From the IMG/VR virus record IMGVR_UViG_3300044808_000084: a stretch of DNA of 64,000 bases; one strand, 5' to 3'. This DNA is from an uncultured virus (IMG/VR IMGVR_UViG_3300044808_000084). Lineage: Duplodnaviria; Heunggongvirae; Uroviricota; Caudoviricetes. Of the stretch, positions 1 through 9,790 are shown piece after piece. Positions within the stretch are counted from its first letter, which is position 1. Every line of letters starts with the position of its first letter. The position numbers and the translations under genes are program-made. The notes under the pieces were generated by a model. That model was not told where the DNA came from, searched no databases, and saw only the letters and a program-made list of their open reading frames with translations.

Positions 1-1008
1 ATGACGCTCGACAACAGAAAACTATTTCTCTCCTGCGCCGTCGCGCTGACGACGCTCGCTTCCGTCGCGGCCATCGTTCCGCTGTGGTCGCAGCCCGAAG
101 CGAATCGCCGCCGCGTCGCCGCAGAGCGTCCGTCGCAACAGCCTTCGCTCGCGTCTCTGTCAAACGACGCGACTAAAGAAGCCGGGCGCGCAGAAACGTC
201 TGAAGTTCGCTCCGCGGAAGTCGTCTCGACCCGAACGGAGACGGACGCGCTCGCGCCCGCTCTCTTTGAAGGAGCGGCGCAACAAAACCGCGCGCTCAGA
301 GACAACTTGAGTTGGACGTTCGGCGGCAAGACGCAGCGCGGCTGGGCGATCTACGTCCCGCTGATTCAACGCGCGCTCGGCACGGAAGACGACGCGGCGA
401 GCGAGCGGTTCGCCGCGAGCCTCGCCCGCTGGCAAAAGAACGTGGGACTCAAAGCGAGCGGCGTGCTCGACGAGGCGACTCTGATGCGAATGGTTTCGAC
501 GTGGCAGTCGCAGCGTATGAAAAGCCGCGTCTACCCGCAACCGGATCAACTGCTCACCGTCCCGCGCGCGGAGTTTTACGATTCGGGGCGCGCAGACGAT
601 TTGCGCCAGGTGGAGCGGCAAACTTACGCGGCCTATAAACGCATGCTGGCCGCCGCCGTCGCGGACTCTTCTCTGCAACTCAAAACTCAGGGCGGCGAAC
701 TCGCCGCGTCGGAGAAGTATTTGAAGATCATCTCGGCGTTTCGTTCGCGCGAATATCAGGATCGCCTGCGCAAGTTGGAACCGAACGCCGGACGCGCCGC
801 GCTCGCCGTCAACAGCCCGCACTTCACCGGGCGCGCGCTCGACATTTACGTGGGCGGCGAGCCTGTCATCACCAAAGACAACAACCGCGCGCTCCAGACA
901 CAGACGCCCGCCTACCGCTGGCTCGTCAAAAACGCCCCGCGCTTCGGCTTCTGCCCCTACTTTTACGAACCCTGGCACTGGGAACTATGTAACGAAAAAG
1001 TCCAATAA
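1..1008 (+). CDS. M15 family D-Ala-D-Ala carboxypeptidase-like peptidase with N-terminal membrane anchor and peptidoglycan-binding domain (host gene, integration target)
   Basis: SAFRSREYQ, SPHFTGRALD (SxHxxGxAxD) and EPWHW motifs; WQKNVGLKASGVLDEATL resembles PG_binding_1; hydrophobic N-terminus. Confidence 0.85.
   Translation: MTLDNRKLFLSCAVALTTLASVAAIVPLWSQPEANRRRVAAERPSQQPSLASLSNDATKEAGRAETSEVRSAEVVSTRTETDALAPALFEGAAQQNRALRDNLSWTFGGKTQRGWAIYVPLIQRALGTEDDAASERFAASLARWQKNVGLKASGVLDEATLMRMVSTWQSQRMKSRVYPQPDQLLTVPRAEFYDSGRADDLRQVERQTYAAYKRMLAAAVADSSLQLKTQGGELAASEKYLKIISAFRSREYQDRLRKLEPNAGRAALAVNSPHFTGRALDIYVGGEPVITKDNNRALQTQTPAYRWLVKNAPRFGFCPYFYEPWHWELCNEKVQ
973..984 (+). repeat. attL core TGGCACTGGGAA
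   Basis: Exact copy at 40264-40275 just downstream of the integrase; partial similarity continues for about 25 bp. Confidence 0.85.
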
Positions 1009-1025
1009 AAGCCGTATATTTCACT

Positions 1026-1043
1026 TTTGTTGGCGACATTTTG
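1026..1043 (+). promoter_or_regulatory. Putative integrase arm-type site
   Basis: TTTGTTGGCGACATTTTG matches 40114-40131 at 16/18 positions; the two copies would flank the core in attP. Confidence 0.5.
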
Positions 1044-1060
1044 ACATAAAACTTCAACGA

Positions 1061-1126
1061 GGGCTCAGATTGTAGGGCGGCAGACTCTTAATCTGCGGGT
1101 CGCTGGTTCGAGCCCAGCTCGGCTCA
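1061..1126 (+). pseudogene. Degenerate tRNA-Lys(CTT) fragment
   Basis: D-arm GCTC..GGGC, anticodon arm GCAGA-CTCTTAA-TCTGC, T-arm GCTGG-TTCGAGC-CCAGC; the 5' acceptor strand does not pair. Confidence 0.75.
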
Positions 1127-1146
1127 TTAAATCCTCAGCAAAAACG

Positions 1147-1181
1147 AAAAAAGCGAGAGTCCCAAAAGACTCTCGCTTTTT
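1147..1181. terminator. Bidirectional intrinsic terminator
   Basis: AAAAAGCGAGAGTC-ccaaaa-GACTCTCGCTTTTT. Confidence 0.8.
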
Positions 1182-1226
1182 CGCGCCCCTTCTCACGCCC
1201 CTTCAGAGGCTGAAATAAGCCGATTT

Positions 1227-3647
1227 CTACTTCGCCACCCACGCGCTGTTTTCGCAGACGTACCAGCCGGGCACGCCGACGCCGCCGTCGAGACGTGAGT
1301 AGAAACTCCCACTGCTGCAACCACCCGATGGCGCACCCGTCCCTTTAATCCACGTTGCCGCCCCGCCGAGGCTCAAGCTGTTCGGCACTTCCAGATCGAA
1401 GCTCGGCGTTAAGTCCACAGCAGTCGGCGAGACGCCTGCCGCAAAAGTCTTGACCATCCGCTTCCCGCTCTGCGTGACGTCAACCGTGATGCCAGGTTGA
1501 TTGAAGATGCCGCCCGTGATGCCCTCGTTATCAATCAACGTGAGGCGCGAGGTCGTCGCCGCGCTCGGCGTCAAGACCCAGACCGAAGTAACGCGTTGCC
1601 CGAAAGTGTTGCGGCGCAGCGTGACTTCACCCGCGCCGTTCAGGATGACGCCCGGAATGTCGAGCAGGTAAACGTAGCCGAACCAGTTGAACTCAATCTC
1701 CGCCGCGAGCGTGCCGTGGACATAGACGCCCGCGCCGGACGCCTGCGACACGTTCGTCCGGTTGTTGGTGAATTTGAAGTGCTCGATGTAGCTCGTCGCT
1801 ACGTCGGGGAAGAGGTAAGTGCTGTAAGTCGCGCCTTCGTCGAAGTGATTGCCTACGACAGTGAAGACGCCCTGACTGTTCGCCGTCGAGAGTGTCCCCG
1901 GACTGGTGCCGACGATGGCCTCTCTGAGCGTCGTCTTGGGCGTGCGTGCGGCAATCCACGCGAGCGGGTTGCCGACGCCGCCCTTCGTGTAAGAGACGGT
2001 GTTCAGCGCGCCCTGGTCGAAGAATTGATTGTCCCGAAAGACGCCCCCGCTCCAGTTCGTGTTGTTGATGACGGCGTAACTCAAGCTCCCGTCCGCCGCG
2101 CAGCCGTAGAAGTGCGAGCGCTCGACGTAGAGGTAAGAAAGGTTCGCAAGTATCAAGTCGGCGGCTGCCGCTAAACCGTAGAAGTAGCAATCTTGAAACG
2201 AGACCTTTAATGCCTGGTCGAACTTGAACCCGTAGCGCACGTCCTGCACGCCCGCCGTGCCAACGAAAGAAACATCTCTGAACGTGATCGAGTTACCGCC
2301 CGTAAACACGAAGGCGTCAGCCGACGCGCCCGTCGCCAGCCGGATGACGGAGCCGGAGCCGTCGCCCTGAAAGACGAGATCATATGTTGCGCCGAAAGCC
2401 TTCGTCACGGTCGAGGTGATCTGGCAGGGCGCGGTCGAGGCGGGGATGCGGATGGTCTTCGAGTTGCCCGACGTGATCGCGGCGTTGATGGCCGCGAGGA
2501 AGGCCGCGCTGTCATCCGTCACGCCGTCACATTTCGCGTGGAATTGCTTAATGTTAATCGAGCCGGTGGCGTCACGGATGGCCTCCCCTTTCATCGCGCC
2601 GTTGTTCTCAATCGTCAAGCGCGAGGTCGCCCGCGTCTGAAAGTCAATAATGCCGACACTGTTCGCGTCGCTGTCGGCGCCGATGGTCGTCGAGCCGGTA
2701 TTGATGACGCCGCCCGTGCCCGAGCCGATCCCGGTCAGCCCGGCGCCGTTGCCGGAGAACGACCCGGAGAACGACGCCGCCGTCACCGTCCCCGAAATGG
2801 TCGCGCTCGCCGCCGTGATGCCGCCCGCCACGGTCAAACTCGCGAGCGAGCCGCCGGCAAGCAACTGGGTGAGCGTGGCGGTCGCCACCGCCGTCGTCAG
2901 CGCCTCGACCGCCGCGGCGGAGGCGAAGGTGTAGCGGGCTGCAAGGTTCGTGTCGAGCACCTTGTAAGGCGCGAGCGAAACGGTCGAAGTCGAGAAGGGG
3001 ATTTCGTAGATGCCGAGCAGTTCCCGGTTGAGCGTAGCCGAGTCACTGAAATAGACCTGGTAGTAAGCCTGCGGCGACAGGGACTTCGAGGGGAAGACGC
3101 TTACGTCGAACGTTCCCGCGCTGTTGACCGTGGCAGAAACAGACGCGCCCGCGGGGATGAGTCCCGCCGGGCTGGCTACCGACTGCGTCAGGATAAACGT
3201 CACCTTGCCCGAACGCGCCGCGCCGCTCGCATTCGTAAGCGTGTCAATGATTCTGGTTTTCTGATTGGTGACGGTCAGCGTAACCGTCCCTGTGGTGCTC
3301 GTCTCGCCTCCGGATGTGACGGTGTAGGTAAAAGAGTCTGCACCGGTGTAGGCGTCAACCGGCGTATAAACGACCGCGCCGGTTGATGTATTGAGGCCGG
3401 AGAGAGCGCCATGCGACGGCCCCGCCGCGATGGCATAGGTCAAGGCCGTGGCCTCGGCGTCTGAGCCCTGCAGCACGATGGCCGATTGCCGGTTCGCGGG
3501 CACGTAGGTCGAGAAGCTCGTCGCGACCGGAGTGGTGAACGTGATGGCTGCGGTGTTGGCAGCACGGGCGACAGGAGCGAGCGGCGCGGCTTGCAGGCAT
3601 ACGAGCAGCAGCAGCGAAAGGAGCAATCTAAAATTCTTTTGAAACAT
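1227..3647 (-). CDS. Tailspike/receptor-binding protein: signal peptide, Ig-like domain, pectate-lyase-like beta-helix
   Basis: RBS GGAGGGA before MFQKNFRLLLSLLLL; GPSHG..YTP..YTGADSFTYTV (Ig-like); AKCDGVTDDSAAFLAAI starts a beta-helix; tail-distal position. Confidence 0.75.
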   Translation of the reverse strand: MFQKNFRLLLSLLLLVCLQAAPLAPVARAANTAAITFTTPVATSFSTYVPANRQSAIVLQGSDAEATALTYAIAAGPSHGALSGLNTSTGAVVYTPVDAYTGADSFTYTVTSGGETSTTGTVTLTVTNQKTRIIDTLTNASGAARSGKVTFILTQSVASPAGLIPAGASVSATVNSAGTFDVSVFPSKSLSPQAYYQVYFSDSATLNRELLGIYEIPFSTSTVSLAPYKVLDTNLAARYTFASAAAVEALTTAVATATLTQLLAGGSLASLTVAGGITAASATISGTVTAASFSGSFSGNGAGLTGIGSGTGGVINTGSTTIGADSDANSVGIIDFQTRATSRLTIENNGAMKGEAIRDATGSINIKQFHAKCDGVTDDSAAFLAAINAAITSGNSKTIRIPASTAPCQITSTVTKAFGATYDLVFQGDGSGSVIRLATGASADAFVFTGGNSITFRDVSFVGTAGVQDVRYGFKFDQALKVSFQDCYFYGLAAAADLILANLSYLYVERSHFYGCAADGSLSYAVINNTNWSGGVFRDNQFFDQGALNTVSYTKGGVGNPLAWIAARTPKTTLREAIVGTSPGTLSTANSQGVFTVVGNHFDEGATYSTYLFPDVATSYIEHFKFTNNRTNVSQASGAGVYVHGTLAAEIEFNWFGYVYLLDIPGVILNGAGEVTLRRNTFGQRVTSVWVLTPSAATTSRLTLIDNEGITGGIFNQPGITVDVTQSGKRMVKTFAAGVSPTAVDLTPSFDLEVPNSLSLGGAATWIKGTGAPSGGCSSGSFYSRLDGGVGVPGWYVCENSAWVAK

Positions 3648-3669
3648 TCTTCCCTCCAAAAACAGCAAA

Positions 3670-3726
3670 GCCCGCCGGCAGTCGGGCGAGAGCAAATAGA
3701 TTGCTGCGGCTCGACTGCCAACGGGC
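3670..3726 (-). terminator. Long GC-rich hairpin upstream of the tailspike gene
   Basis: GCCCGTTGGCAGTCGAGC pairs with GCCCGACTGCCGGCGGGC and is followed by TTTGCTGTTTTT. Confidence 0.55.
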
Positions 3727-3749
3727 GGGGTTAAAGAAACGCGGCCCTG

Positions 3750-3917
3750 TTACTTTTTCAATTCAACAAACGGCTTAACGCCGGTGCGCTCCTCGATATG
3801 GCGCATGACCTTGAGGAGCGAGCGCCGGTTGCGCTGCGGGTCAACGATGAACTTCGCGAGCGCCTCGTGCAGCACCTCCATAAATTCGCGGAGTTCTTTG
3901 TTTTCGACTTCGGCCAT
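3750..3917 (-). CDS. Small helical hypothetical protein (55 aa)
   Basis: MAEVENKELREFMEVLHEAL...; co-oriented with the tail operon. Confidence 0.55.
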   Translation of the reverse strand: MAEVENKELREFMEVLHEALAKFIVDPQRNRRSLLKVMRHIEERTGVKPFVELKK

Positions 3918-3939
3918 CAGCGCGCCTTCGACTGAAAAG

Positions 3940-5622
3940 CTATTTCGTAACCCATGCCGTACTCTCGCAAACTGAGAGCGCGCCGGAGGTTGTGTTCGTG
4001 TAGAGCGAGCCGGAAGTGCATGCGCCCGCCGGCGCGCCCGCGCCCTTCGTCCACGTGATGCCACCGCCGAGCGAGAGGGCGACGGCGTCGAGCGTGCCGC
4101 CGGTGACTGAGACGTTTGAGTTGGCAAACGTGATCGCCGCCGTGTTCGCGTTCCCGGTCACACGCATGCGCTCGCCGAAGCCCGAGCCGGCGAGCATGGT
4201 CTTCAAGACGAAGTCGTAAGTCCCATCGCCCCCGAAGGAGCGATAGTTATAAAAATCAAATGAGCCTGCGCGCGACGGCGAACCCATGACGATGGTTGCT
4301 TTCCCATCTACATAGTTCGGGTAGAACTGGAATTGATAATCGCCGTTGTCTTTGACGTAGAACGCCCCGCCGCTTGAGCCGCTCGACGCATACGCGCTGC
4401 CTGTCTTCTCAATGCCGACCTGTGTGTTACCCGTGCTTGTGTAAGTCCCGCCGGCGAACGTGGGCGACGCGCCCGTGTGAATTGATTGCGGGAGCGAGAG
4501 CGTGACGCCACCGGTGGACGCGCTCGCCGTGATTTGGTTCGTCGTGCCGGCAATCGAAGTAACGGGCGTGGCGTAGGTTTGATCGCCGCGCAGGTATGTC
4601 GAACTCGATGCCGTGCCGGAGCCGAGTCGGACAGTTGCCACCGTGCCCGCCGCGATGGCCGAGGCGTTGAGCGTGCCGCCGCCTGCCGCATTCGTGTGCC
4701 CGTGCGTCGCGTTCGTGAAATCCGCGATGGTTGGCGTTGTCAGCGTCTTATTGGCGAGCGTGGCCGACGCGGCGTTCTTCGTCGCGTCCGATGTGTTGTC
4801 CACGTTCCCCAAGCCCACATCTCCCTTGACGAGCGCGAGGTCGGTCTTTAGTTGCGTGGGCGTACGGTTCGTCCACGCTCCCGACTTGCGCTGAATGATG
4901 TCGTCGTTGCTGGGCGCGATAGCGGCAATGGCTGTCAGGTCGGAGTCCCCGGCCTGCTTCGCCGCCAGATCGGAGACGAGGTTTGTGATCTTCGATTGCG
5001 CGAGCGTCGGGATGTCCGCTTCAACGAGCGCGCGGAAAGTGGGAGCCGCGTCAGCGCCGCTTGCCGGCCCGGAGAAGACTTTGTTCGCGTTCTGCGTCGC
5101 GAGCGTGGCCGCGAGCGTGCCCGACGTGGTGACGGGCGAGCCGGAGACGGAGAAGATCGAGGGCAGCGAGAGCGCCACGCTTGAGACCGTGCCTCCGGAG
5201 ACGGCCGCCCAGGTGCCGTCGCCGCGCAAGTAGGTTGTGCTGTTGGCCGTGCCGCTGCCGAGTCTCCCGGTTGCAAACGTGCCCGTCGTGATCTTCGCGG
5301 CGTCAAGCGCCGGGATGTCGGTGGAGACGATGGCACGCCAGGACGGCAAGCCGTAGCTCCCGTCGGGCGACGCATAGAAAAGATTTCCGTTCTGTGAACT
5401 CGTCGTGCCTGAAGACGAGCCGCCGCTGCTACAGGTGATCACCGCCGTGCGGTTCGAGAAGGTGACGCAGCCGACGGGAAAGCGCAGTTCGTTGACGCCG
5501 TTAAAGCTCTTCGTCCCGTCCGAAACTTTGAGCGTCGGGGATGCGGCGCTCCCGCCGGTCTGACTATGTGCCAGACCTGGCAGCGCAAACAAAATAATTA
5601 AAAGTAAAAATAGTCGTCTCAT
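3940..5622 (-). CDS. Tail fibre-like protein with N-terminal signal peptide
   Basis: TAATG coupling to the upstream gene; MRRLFLLLIILFALPGLAHS; repeated RLGSGTA-STYLRGD fibre modules; Gly/Ser/Thr rich. Confidence 0.75.
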   Translation of the reverse strand: MRRLFLLLIILFALPGLAHSQTGGSAASPTLKVSDGTKSFNGVNELRFPVGCVTFSNRTAVITCSSGGSSSGTTSSQNGNLFYASPDGSYGLPSWRAIVSTDIPALDAAKITTGTFATGRLGSGTANSTTYLRGDGTWAAVSGGTVSSVALSLPSIFSVSGSPVTTSGTLAATLATQNANKVFSGPASGADAAPTFRALVEADIPTLAQSKITNLVSDLAAKQAGDSDLTAIAAIAPSNDDIIQRKSGAWTNRTPTQLKTDLALVKGDVGLGNVDNTSDATKNAASATLANKTLTTPTIADFTNATHGHTNAAGGGTLNASAIAAGTVATVRLGSGTASSSTYLRGDQTYATPVTSIAGTTNQITASASTGGVTLSLPQSIHTGASPTFAGGTYTSTGNTQVGIEKTGSAYASSGSSGGAFYVKDNGDYQFQFYPNYVDGKATIVMGSPSRAGSFDFYNYRSFGGDGTYDFVLKTMLAGSGFGERMRVTGNANTAAITFANSNVSVTGGTLDAVALSLGGGITWTKGAGAPAGACTSGSLYTNTTSGALSVCESTAWVTK

Positions 5623-6854
5623 TAGTCGTCCTCCACGTAGGGATACGTCGTGCGCGGGGTCGGGTCGAAGACGCCGGCCGAGCCGTCCTGCAATTCGCCC
5701 TCGCTCGCGAAGGTGAGCGTGAGCACTGCCGACTCCGCGCCGTAACTGCCGCCGGACGAGTGCGCCACCGTCACGTAGATCGTGAGCGCGAGCTTGACCG
5801 GGACGGCGTCGAGGTCGTAGCTGAAGCCGCGCCACGTGGCGTCGGCGTCGTCTGCGCCCGCCAGGTCTCCGAATGACAATCCGCTCGTCGCCGTCGCCAT
5901 GCCAGCCGTGTTGTCTTCCGCGAGTGTGTCGCCGATCCACAGGTCAGCCGTCGCGCCGCCAGCCGCGACGACGAGCCGCACTTTGTTCCCGCCGTGCGCG
6001 TGCGACGAGCCGCCGTTTAACTTCACCTCGTCGGCGTCGAAGGTGAGTTCGTACCGGTGCGCGCCGTCCTCGACGCGCAAGCCAACGCACTGCGCCGGGT
6101 CTGCCGCATCCGTGGCCGAGACCAGCGGCGGCAGGAGGTCGAGCGTGAGCCCCGCGTCGAAGGCGTCCGCAGGGAAAGAGTCTTTCTCGTAATAGGTCGA
6201 GGCGTTCGTGCCGGTCGTGTTGATGCGCCAGCCCTCCGAGGCCACCTCCACAGATGCCGCGCCCGTCTTGGTAAAGCCTGTCTCTGCCGGGTCGCCGCTC
6301 GTGTAGGCAAATGTCGGGGTGAAGATGCCCGCCCGGGAGATGTCTATGTAGTCGCCGAGACGCCCGCCCGCCGCGTCGGTGATGTTGGTCGTCGGATTGA
6401 CGAGCGCGCCCGAGCCGTCGAGGCTCTCCGCGATGCGCACCCTGCGCTTGCGCGCAAAGCGCGTGTAGCCGCTCACGCCGACGGTGACGTTCTCCGCAGT
6501 GGCGTCACCGACCTGTCCGATTGTGGGCGCGTCCGTTTCCCGTTTGACGAGGATTGTGACTTGCTGCGCGTCTTCGAGCGAGGAGACATCAGGCGTGCCG
6601 TCAGCTGAATAGGCGATGGCGAAGATGCGGACGTTCTTGTCCTCATCCGGATTATTCGGAATCTCTATGCGCCCCGTGCTCGGGTACCTGCCGAGCGAGA
6701 TGGGCGCGCCGGTGAATCGCCCGTCAGCGTCGAGCAAACGTTTGAAGAACTCGACTTCGACCGCATCCGTGACGGCGTCTGGGTACCACGTCGCGCGCGC
6801 CTGCGGGCGCAGCACGATGTTTTGTCCGCCGCTTCGTTTGAGCACGATGTCCAT
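5622..6854 (-). CDS. Minor tail/baseplate protein
   Basis: Position in the tail operon, translational coupling, beta-rich composition. Confidence 0.6.
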   Translation of the reverse strand: MDIVLKRSGGQNIVLRPQARATWYPDAVTDAVEVEFFKRLLDADGRFTGAPISLGRYPSTGRIEIPNNPDEDKNVRIFAIAYSADGTPDVSSLEDAQQVTILVKRETDAPTIGQVGDATAENVTVGVSGYTRFARKRRVRIAESLDGSGALVNPTTNITDAAGGRLGDYIDISRAGIFTPTFAYTSGDPAETGFTKTGAASVEVASEGWRINTTGTNASTYYEKDSFPADAFDAGLTLDLLPPLVSATDAADPAQCVGLRVEDGAHRYELTFDADEVKLNGGSSHAHGGNKVRLVVAAGGATADLWIGDTLAEDNTAGMATATSGLSFGDLAGADDADATWRGFSYDLDAVPVKLALTIYVTVAHSSGGSYGAESAVLTLTFASEGELQDGSAGVFDPTPRTTYPYVEDD

Positions 6855-7100
6855 TTAGACCGTCTCCTGCTCGGCATGCCCGTTCAAGCCGTCGGCGCGC
6901 GTGACGCTGAACCGGATGAGGGTGCCCGCGTCTACATCGAGAGTGTCGCCTGCGACGACGCCAAACTCATCAGAGACCGTGTCGTCGAGCGCGACCTCAT
7001 GAGTCACGTCATAAACCTGGACGGCTTGGTTCGGCACTGGTGTGACGGTGCCGTCGTTGTTATCAATGCGGATGTCAAATGCGTTGTACTGGCTGGCCAC
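6855..7100 (-). CDS. Small tail protein
   Basis: Acidic beta-rich 81-aa ORF abutting the downstream gene. Confidence 0.6.
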   Translation of the reverse strand: MASQYNAFDIRIDNNDGTVTPVPNQAVQVYDVTHEVALDDTVSDEFGVVAGDTLDVDAGTLIRFSVTRADGLNGHAEQETV

Positions 7101-7113
7101 TCAGCTCACCTCG

Positions 7114-9303
7114 CTAACCTGTCTCGGCTGCCCTTGCGTAGTCGAGCACGATTTGGTCGTTCGTGTAGTTGATGCCCGAGAAGGAGATGGGGCGCGGTCG
7201 CCCGCCTCTCGCGTTCGGGAACGTCTCTTCGCCGCCTCCGCCGCCGGGGGGCGGGGCTTCGAGGTTTTCAAGTTGGTTGTAATACTCGACCGGGTAAGCC
7301 TGCGCGCTCACTTCGACGAGGAGGTTAGGTAGTTGACGCACACTGCGTACGCGGAAGTATTCAAACTTCTGCACGCCGGTGCGCCGATTGACGAGTTGCC
7401 GCGAGAGCACGCGGATGACTTTTGACTTGTAGAGGGAGATCGTCTGGGTGAAGAAGGTCTGGAAGCGAACGCGCAGATTGTTCTCTAAGCCGCCTTCGTC
7501 GAACTCGCCGAGGTCGCGCAGGATAGCACCGATGCGATTGGCCTCTCCGATGCGCGTGACGCCGAGGAGTTTGTAATCCTTCTCGACGACGCGGCGGCCT
7601 GTGTCGCCAAAGGCGCGCCCGGCGCGGAGCTGCTGCTCGATGCTATCGAAGATAAGGGGGTGTTCGGCGTGATCCTGCTCCTCGTCATCGAGGATGATTT
7701 TGATCGCGTTCGGCAGGTCGGCGTCGGAGATGACCGTGCGCGTGAGTGACGACTTCCCTGTAGTCTCGTCGCGGATGATGTTGCGCGCTTCGCCGTAGTC
7801 GGAAAAGACGAGCGTGGCGGCGAGATCCTCTTCCGAGAGCCGCTTCAGCGGAAAGACGCGGAGCTTGCCTTGGTAGGGAAACGGCACGGTGCACCGACCG
7901 GCGAGGCAGATGTCGTTGATCTGCTGCTGCGCCGTACGATCAATTAACTCGGCGTCGAATAGTGTGCGCGGCCCGGAGATGATGTTGTCGTTCTTGTCGC
8001 GCATGCCTACTATCTCGGCAAACCACTCGTCGAGCGGGATGAAGTCCGACTCGACGGCGAAGCGCGCGACATCTCCGCCCATGCCCCAGCGTTTATTCCT
8101 CAGCGCCTCGAGCAGCCACCAGGCGCGCGACCTCGTGTAAGCCGGGTTGAATGTCGTCTCGCTGGTGTAGACGCGCACGTCGTTCTTCCCGCGCGCCTTA
8201 ACTTCGGTCGAGATGCCCGCCGGATCAACCTTGCTGAAATCGCCCTGGAGGACGACTTGCAGTGTGGCTGTACCGGAGTTGTTATTCTCGCCCGGCGAGA
8301 AACCGGAGCCGGCCTGGCGTCGCCAGCCGAGCCGCGCGCCCCAGTGCGCCGGCAGGATGAGGGTGTTGCTCGCCTTTGGTTGATTGAGCGCATCGAGGAC
8401 GCCCTCGCTGACTGCGTATTTGAGTTTTATCGAGCCGCGTTCGGGGTGTTGCGGATTTCCTATTTCGACGATATACGAGAGCAGGTCCAGGTCGCGCACG
8501 GTGCGCTCGCCGGCGAGCACGCGCAAGGGGCGCTTGAGGTTGTTCTCGTTGCCGCGCGTCGTTGCCGTGGCGCCGCGCGAGCCGACCGCATAGGTTACAG
8601 CCCTCGTGTCTAAGGCGAGCATGGAGAGCGAGTCGCCGATGTGATCGATGCAATCCTGCCGGTTACGGCGCGGGCAGGGGTGGAACTCCATGCCGGGCAC
8701 ACCTACGCTCCCGCCGAGGTGCATGTCGCGCGGGCAGTCGTTGTCCGCGATCTCTTCGAGGGTTTTCAGCAATAGCCCGTCAACCGCCTGGCACGTGCTG
8801 AAGAACGCGCGGCGCGGGAGCGGCAGCATGACGGAGAGGAAACCGTTCTCCACGCGAGCCGTGAACCTTTCCTCGTCGGCGTCTTCCGGCGGCCTTAAGT
8901 GGCCGAACCACATGCTCAGCAGTAAATCTACTTGTGGGAAATAATGAAACACCTCGACGCGCACGCTCGCGCCGTGCGTCTCGAAGAGATCGGAGATGGC
9001 GTGATCGGCGTCCCACAAATCGAGCGAGACGGAGTCGTCGCTGATGCCGGAGTCGCGCGTCAGGTCGAGGAACTGCTCGCCTTGGAGCCGCGGCTCGACC
9101 GGCGCGCCGTCGAGTTGCTCGCGCAGCGACGGCCACACGTCGTCGGCGAAGGTCGAAGCGTAGAAGATGCGACCATCCGGAGCCGGCCAGTCAACGGCGA
9201 CGAGTTCGGCCACTTGGACGGAAGCCCCGCCGCCGCGCGCCGCGGCGATGAGTCCCGTGAGGGCATCGAGCTTGGCTTGGTCTAGTGCGCTCAGTTCGGG
9301 CAT
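7114..9303 (-). CDS. Tail tip/baseplate hub protein
   Basis: 729 aa, second gene after the tape measure gene; AWWLLEALRNKRWGMG resembles tail-tip J-like proteins. Confidence 0.65.
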   Translation of the reverse strand: MPELSALDQAKLDALTGLIAAARGGGASVQVAELVAVDWPAPDGRIFYASTFADDVWPSLREQLDGAPVEPRLQGEQFLDLTRDSGISDDSVSLDLWDADHAISDLFETHGASVRVEVFHYFPQVDLLLSMWFGHLRPPEDADEERFTARVENGFLSVMLPLPRRAFFSTCQAVDGLLLKTLEEIADNDCPRDMHLGGSVGVPGMEFHPCPRRNRQDCIDHIGDSLSMLALDTRAVTYAVGSRGATATTRGNENNLKRPLRVLAGERTVRDLDLLSYIVEIGNPQHPERGSIKLKYAVSEGVLDALNQPKASNTLILPAHWGARLGWRRQAGSGFSPGENNNSGTATLQVVLQGDFSKVDPAGISTEVKARGKNDVRVYTSETTFNPAYTRSRAWWLLEALRNKRWGMGGDVARFAVESDFIPLDEWFAEIVGMRDKNDNIISGPRTLFDAELIDRTAQQQINDICLAGRCTVPFPYQGKLRVFPLKRLSEEDLAATLVFSDYGEARNIIRDETTGKSSLTRTVISDADLPNAIKIILDDEEQDHAEHPLIFDSIEQQLRAGRAFGDTGRRVVEKDYKLLGVTRIGEANRIGAILRDLGEFDEGGLENNLRVRFQTFFTQTISLYKSKVIRVLSRQLVNRRTGVQKFEYFRVRSVRQLPNLLVEVSAQAYPVEYYNQLENLEAPPPGGGGGEETFPNARGGRPRPISFSGINYTNDQIVLDYARAAETG

Positions 9304-9328
9304 GGGTTAGTACAGACGCCTGCACCTC

Positions 9329-9790
9329 TCAGATACTGGCGTTGTTCTCCGTTGTGATGGGGTCAGTCACCGACTCCACGCCGTGCACCCGGCGTTGCCG
9401 GAACGTGAGGCCGGTCGAATAAGCGAGGCGACAGAGCATCGCGTAGCTCAGTCTCGCTTCCACGATCTCGACGAGGTAGTCTTGCTCCAGAAAGGGGTCG
9501 CGCATCCAGAAAGGTTTGAAGGCGTTGCGAACGTTATGTCGTTCGTAGAATCGCCAGAGATAGAGGGCGCGCGTCTGCATGCCCTGCTCGCCGGCGTTGA
9601 TGTTGTAGTCGTCGGTGTGCGGCAGGACAGAGATCTTCACCTTCCACTCGCGCAGGCCGTCGGGCGAACCGATGACCGCGCCCTCCCGGAAGCCGTCGCC
9701 ATAGTTGGCCGTCAGGTTGGAGCCGCCGATGCTCGTATCCTCGAAGAGAAAGCCTTCAGTGTTGAGCCTTTCGGTCTGCTCGTCGCTCAT
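9329..9790 (-). CDS. Distal/minor tail protein
   Basis: ATGA overlap with the tape measure stop; NYGDGF and PFW motifs as in lambda M-like proteins. Confidence 0.6.
   Translation of the reverse strand: MSDEQTERLNTEGFLFEDTSIGGSNLTANYGDGFREGAVIGSPDGLREWKVKISVLPHTDDYNINAGEQGMQTRALYLWRFYERHNVRNAFKPFWMRDPFLEQDYLVEIVEARLSYAMLCRLAYSTGLTFRQRRVHGVESVTDPITTENNASI

Noticed and set aside
1054..1129. Functional tRNA-Lys gene serving as the prophage attB
   Set aside because: The acceptor stem pairs at only about 3 of 7 positions and there is no duplicate near the integrase; the duplicated core lies in the peptidase gene instead.
1227..5622. Diversity-generating retroelement acting on the fibres
   Set aside because: No reverse transcriptase is visible, and the similar C-termini differ at all base types rather than at adenines only.
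5623..5940. N-terminal extension of the 666-aa fibre ORF
   Set aside because: It overlaps the upstream gene; TAATG coupling places the start at 5622.
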